Shown: positions 60,068-64,000 of the stretch, piece by piece
Position numbering within the stretch: position 1 is the stretch's first letter
How the letters are laid out: every line of letters begins with the position of its first letter
Assembly (NCBI RefSeq): GCF_009914755.1
Contig: NC_060930.1
From: the human T2T-CHM13v2.0 reference genome, Homo sapiens
Length of the DNA: 64,000 nucleotides
Direction: 5' to 3' (one strand)
Position numbers and translations under genes: made by a program
Notes under the pieces: generated by a model
Told to the model about the DNA's origin: nothing
Seen by the model: only the letters and a program-made list of their open reading frames with translations
Databases searched by the model: none

Positions 60068-60307
60068 CTTGGCATCCTGCTCTGCAAACTTCTTGAACAT
60101 GTTGGCGTATATCCTGCGGTCCCGCTCGTTGTGCTCCTTGGCCTTTTTCTGGCACATGGAGATCTGCAGTCTTGCAGCCTTATTCTGGGGGTTTACTTCC
60201 AGCACTTTCTCAAAGTCACCCTTGGCTGACTCAAACTCGTTCATGAGCAGCTGGGCTTCACCCCTCCTATACAAGCCTTTCTCATTGGCACTGTCCAGTC
60301 CAAGGGC
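60068..60307 (-). CDS. FKBP5: FKBP5 penultimate coding exon (exon 10), TPR3 and C-terminal helix
   Basis: 240 nt, phase 0/0. Acceptor tag|GCCCTT, donor AAG|gtgtgt. Translates [80 protein letters not shown]. Confidence 0.98.
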
Positions 60308-60419
60308 CTAGGAATAGATGGTCTATATTTTAGAAAGGACGAATTTTAATAAATTCAGTAAACAGCTTACCAAAGTTCTCTTGCCAAAGGAGATGGAAAA
60401 AGTGTATTTAAAAAAATGG

Positions 60420-61156
<737 letters not shown>

Positions 61157-61724
61157 TCATATTGTAAGCACAAAAGTAAATTCTAGATCAACCATATTTA
61201 CATATTAAAAAAAACCATAAAATGTTTCAATTATTTTTTATTTTAAAATATGTAAAATATAATCATTATTTTTTTGAGGCAGGGTCTCACTCTGTCGCCC
61301 AGGCTGGAGGGCAGTGGCTCAATCACAGCTCACTGCAGCCTCTATCTCCTGGGCTCAGGCAATCCTCTCGCCTCAGCCTCCGAAAGTCCTGGGGTTACAG
61401 GTCACAGGTGTAAACCACTGTGCCTGGCTTCAGTTATTTTTATAATCTTGGTGTGGGGAAGTCTTTTCTAACTAGAAAGGAGACGACAAATCTGACTACA
61501 TAAACATTAAAACCTTCTTTAAAGAGAAAGATATAATCAACAAAGCTAAAAGAAAATTGCTGGGTTGTGGTGGCTCACACCTGTAATCCCAGCACTTTGG
61601 GAAGCTGAGGTGGCAAATCACCTGAGGTCAGGAATTGGAAACCAGCCGGGCCAACATGGTGAAACCCTGTCTCTACTAAAAATACAAAAATTAGCCTGGT
61701 GTGGTGGTCGGCACCTGTGGTCTA

Positions 61725-61880
<156 letters not shown>

Positions 61881-62212
61881 CTATTGCCAAAGATAGGGTT
61901 AATAGTGATGCTATATGACTGCTTCTGTCAATAGAAGACAGAAAAATAATGTAGTCAAGGCTGTGCTGGGTGTGGTACCTCACAACTTTAATCCCAGCTC
62001 TTTGGAAGACCCCCATCTCTACAAAAGTAAATTTAAAAATTAGCAGGGTGTGGTGGCATGCACTTGTAGTCCCAGCTACTCAGGAGGCTGAGGTGGGAGG
62101 ATAGCTTGGGCCCCAGAGTTTGAGGCTGTAGTACATTATGTTCATGTGTATTAATAGCCACCGCACCCCAGCCTGGGCAAAATAGCAACAACTTGTCTCT
62201 AAAACAAACAAA

Positions 62213-62256
62213 ACACACACACGCGCGCGCGCACACACTCTCTCTCTCTCTCTCTC
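62213..62256. repeat. Compound (AC)n(GC)n(AC)n(TC)n microsatellite
   Basis: acacacacacgcgcgcgcgcacacactctctctctctctctctc. Confidence 0.92.
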
Positions 62257-63108
62257 CGCTCTGTATGAAAAAAACGAAAAAATACATATAAAATTAATAA
62301 CTGGTCTTGGGAGAGAGGATGCGATAGGAAACACTGATCCACAAAATTCAAAAATAATCTCACAAAGAATGTACAAAATAGTTGCCTTGCTTTTCTTATC
62401 CTTTTATGTCTACCTTTAAGATACATCCAATGATTAGTTTTTACTTTTACCCACAGTATAATATATACTGTTCACTCTGAGACCAGATACCTAAAATAGT
62501 ATCGGCTGGTGTATAAATATATCAGAACGATACATAACGATACAGATGATAAACCACTGTTATAGAGTACTGTGTGTAAGCACTCAAAAGACCAAAGATA
62601 GTATTAATAAGACAAATGTAAAAATAAAAAGGCTGCTGATGCTCTGTGGACCTTTCATATTATTTATGCATATCAGTGAATAAATGATTATAATAAAAAT
62701 TGACCTATATATATGCTTTATATGAACAGTTGCAGTCTGTTAAAGTCCAGAAAAGCTTAAGTTAAATCTTCTCTTATTAAACTGAACCTGAGGAGTTATA
62801 CGTCTACTCTGATATAAATACTACAGTTATAAGGAAGGTCGTGGATAAAAATTATTTAATTTTAATCAAAACTTTTCTTCAGAATGCATTATGATAAACA
62901 GTCTAGGTATCATAAAAGTCTGACTGTAATAAAAATCTTGCTGAATTTCCCAATTCATACTGAGAAACAAATAATCCCAAACATTCAAATAAATAAAAAA
63001 AAGCAAAATGAAAAATCCTGCAACCTTTGGCTGAGAGGAAGCAAAAGACAGAGATGGAGAAAAGATCTGGAGTATCTAAAGTCCATCTCACAGGAGACAC
63101 GATGTTAC

Positions 63109-63294
63109 CTTGTCACAGCATTCAACAGCTTTGGTGTATTCTCTAAGCTTCAGGTAGCACATGGCCAGGTTCAGAAAGGCAGCAAGGAGAAATGATTCAG
63201 AAGCTTTCGATTCCTTTTCTGATAAACCATATTCCATCTCTAACCAGGACACTATCTTCCCATACTGAATCACCGCCTGCATGTATTTGCCTCC
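63109..63294 (-). CDS. FKBP5: FKBP5 (FKBP51) coding exon, TPR region; third-last exon (exon 9 in the usual 11-exon numbering)
   Basis: 186 nt, phase 0/0. Acceptor tag|GGAGGC (AG at 63296-63295), donor AAG|gtaac (GT at 63108-63107). Translates [62 protein letters not shown], recognised as FKBP51. Confidence 0.98.
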
Positions 63295-63597
63295 CTAGGA
63301 TAAAAAAGCGTCATTACTTGTACTCAGCTCTTGAGGGGGTACAAAAGAAAAGCAAATCCTCAAAGTGAAGCAACCCCTCCAGCAAACCCTGGTACAGCTG
63401 GTTTCTTTCTTTCCTTCTGGAGATGGCTCTCCAGGTACCTTTCCCACTCCCTTGGAGGCCTCGATGGCCTGTGGGCTGGTTTGGGGCAGTGCCTGAGCAC
63501 TGCCTAGTGCTGCTCTGCAGCATTTCCATCCATCCCTTCAGCAGGTGTAGTACAGCAAGGCTTCTGGGCTATGTTCTTTGGTGCTAATATTCTTTAG

Positions 63598-63831
<234 letters not shown>

Positions 63832-64000
63832 TGAACTCCTGACCTTGTGATCCGCCTGCCTTGGCCTCCCAAAGTGCTGGGATTACAGGCATGAGCCACC
63901 ACACCTGGCCTATTCTTTAGTCTTTCAAAAGGATTGTGAGCAGTTTTAGACTATGCCACTAAAAAAATGAAAAGGAAGTTACTTTTCTTTTCAGCACTTC

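Overview
This is primate, almost certainly human, genomic DNA. It is very Alu-rich: about 85 Alu copies or fragments by manual count, plus L1/HAL1, L2, MIR, MaLR/ERVL LTRs and DNA-transposon remnants. The only protein-coding gene is the 3' end of FKBP5 on the minus strand, with three phase-0 TPR/C-terminal coding exons (63294-63109, 60307-60068, 59016-58909) and a ~2.25 kb 3'UTR ending near 56660. From recalled gene order, the rest is the TULP1-FKBP5 intergenic interval at 6p21.31. It holds an RPS15A processed pseudogene (38919-39393), a solo LTR13 with a 6-bp TSD (42793-43790), a deleted HERV-I/LTR10-type provirus with an Ile PBS (44622-50405), an old ERVL gag-pro-RT remnant, a strong CTCF motif near 6075, and a splice-signal-rich non-repeat island (27.5-28.8 kb) that looks like a small spliced lncRNA. 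Nearly all ORFs in the supplied track are Alu read-throughs. I found no convincing new biological system. The most interesting items are retroelement history (one target site reused by three Alus; a nested L1>Alu>ERV insertion followed by a deletion), an Alu tail replaced by a G-quadruplex motif next to a MADE1 palindrome, and candidate regulatory sites around FKBP5. Repeat subfamily names come from recognition, not a RepeatMasker run.
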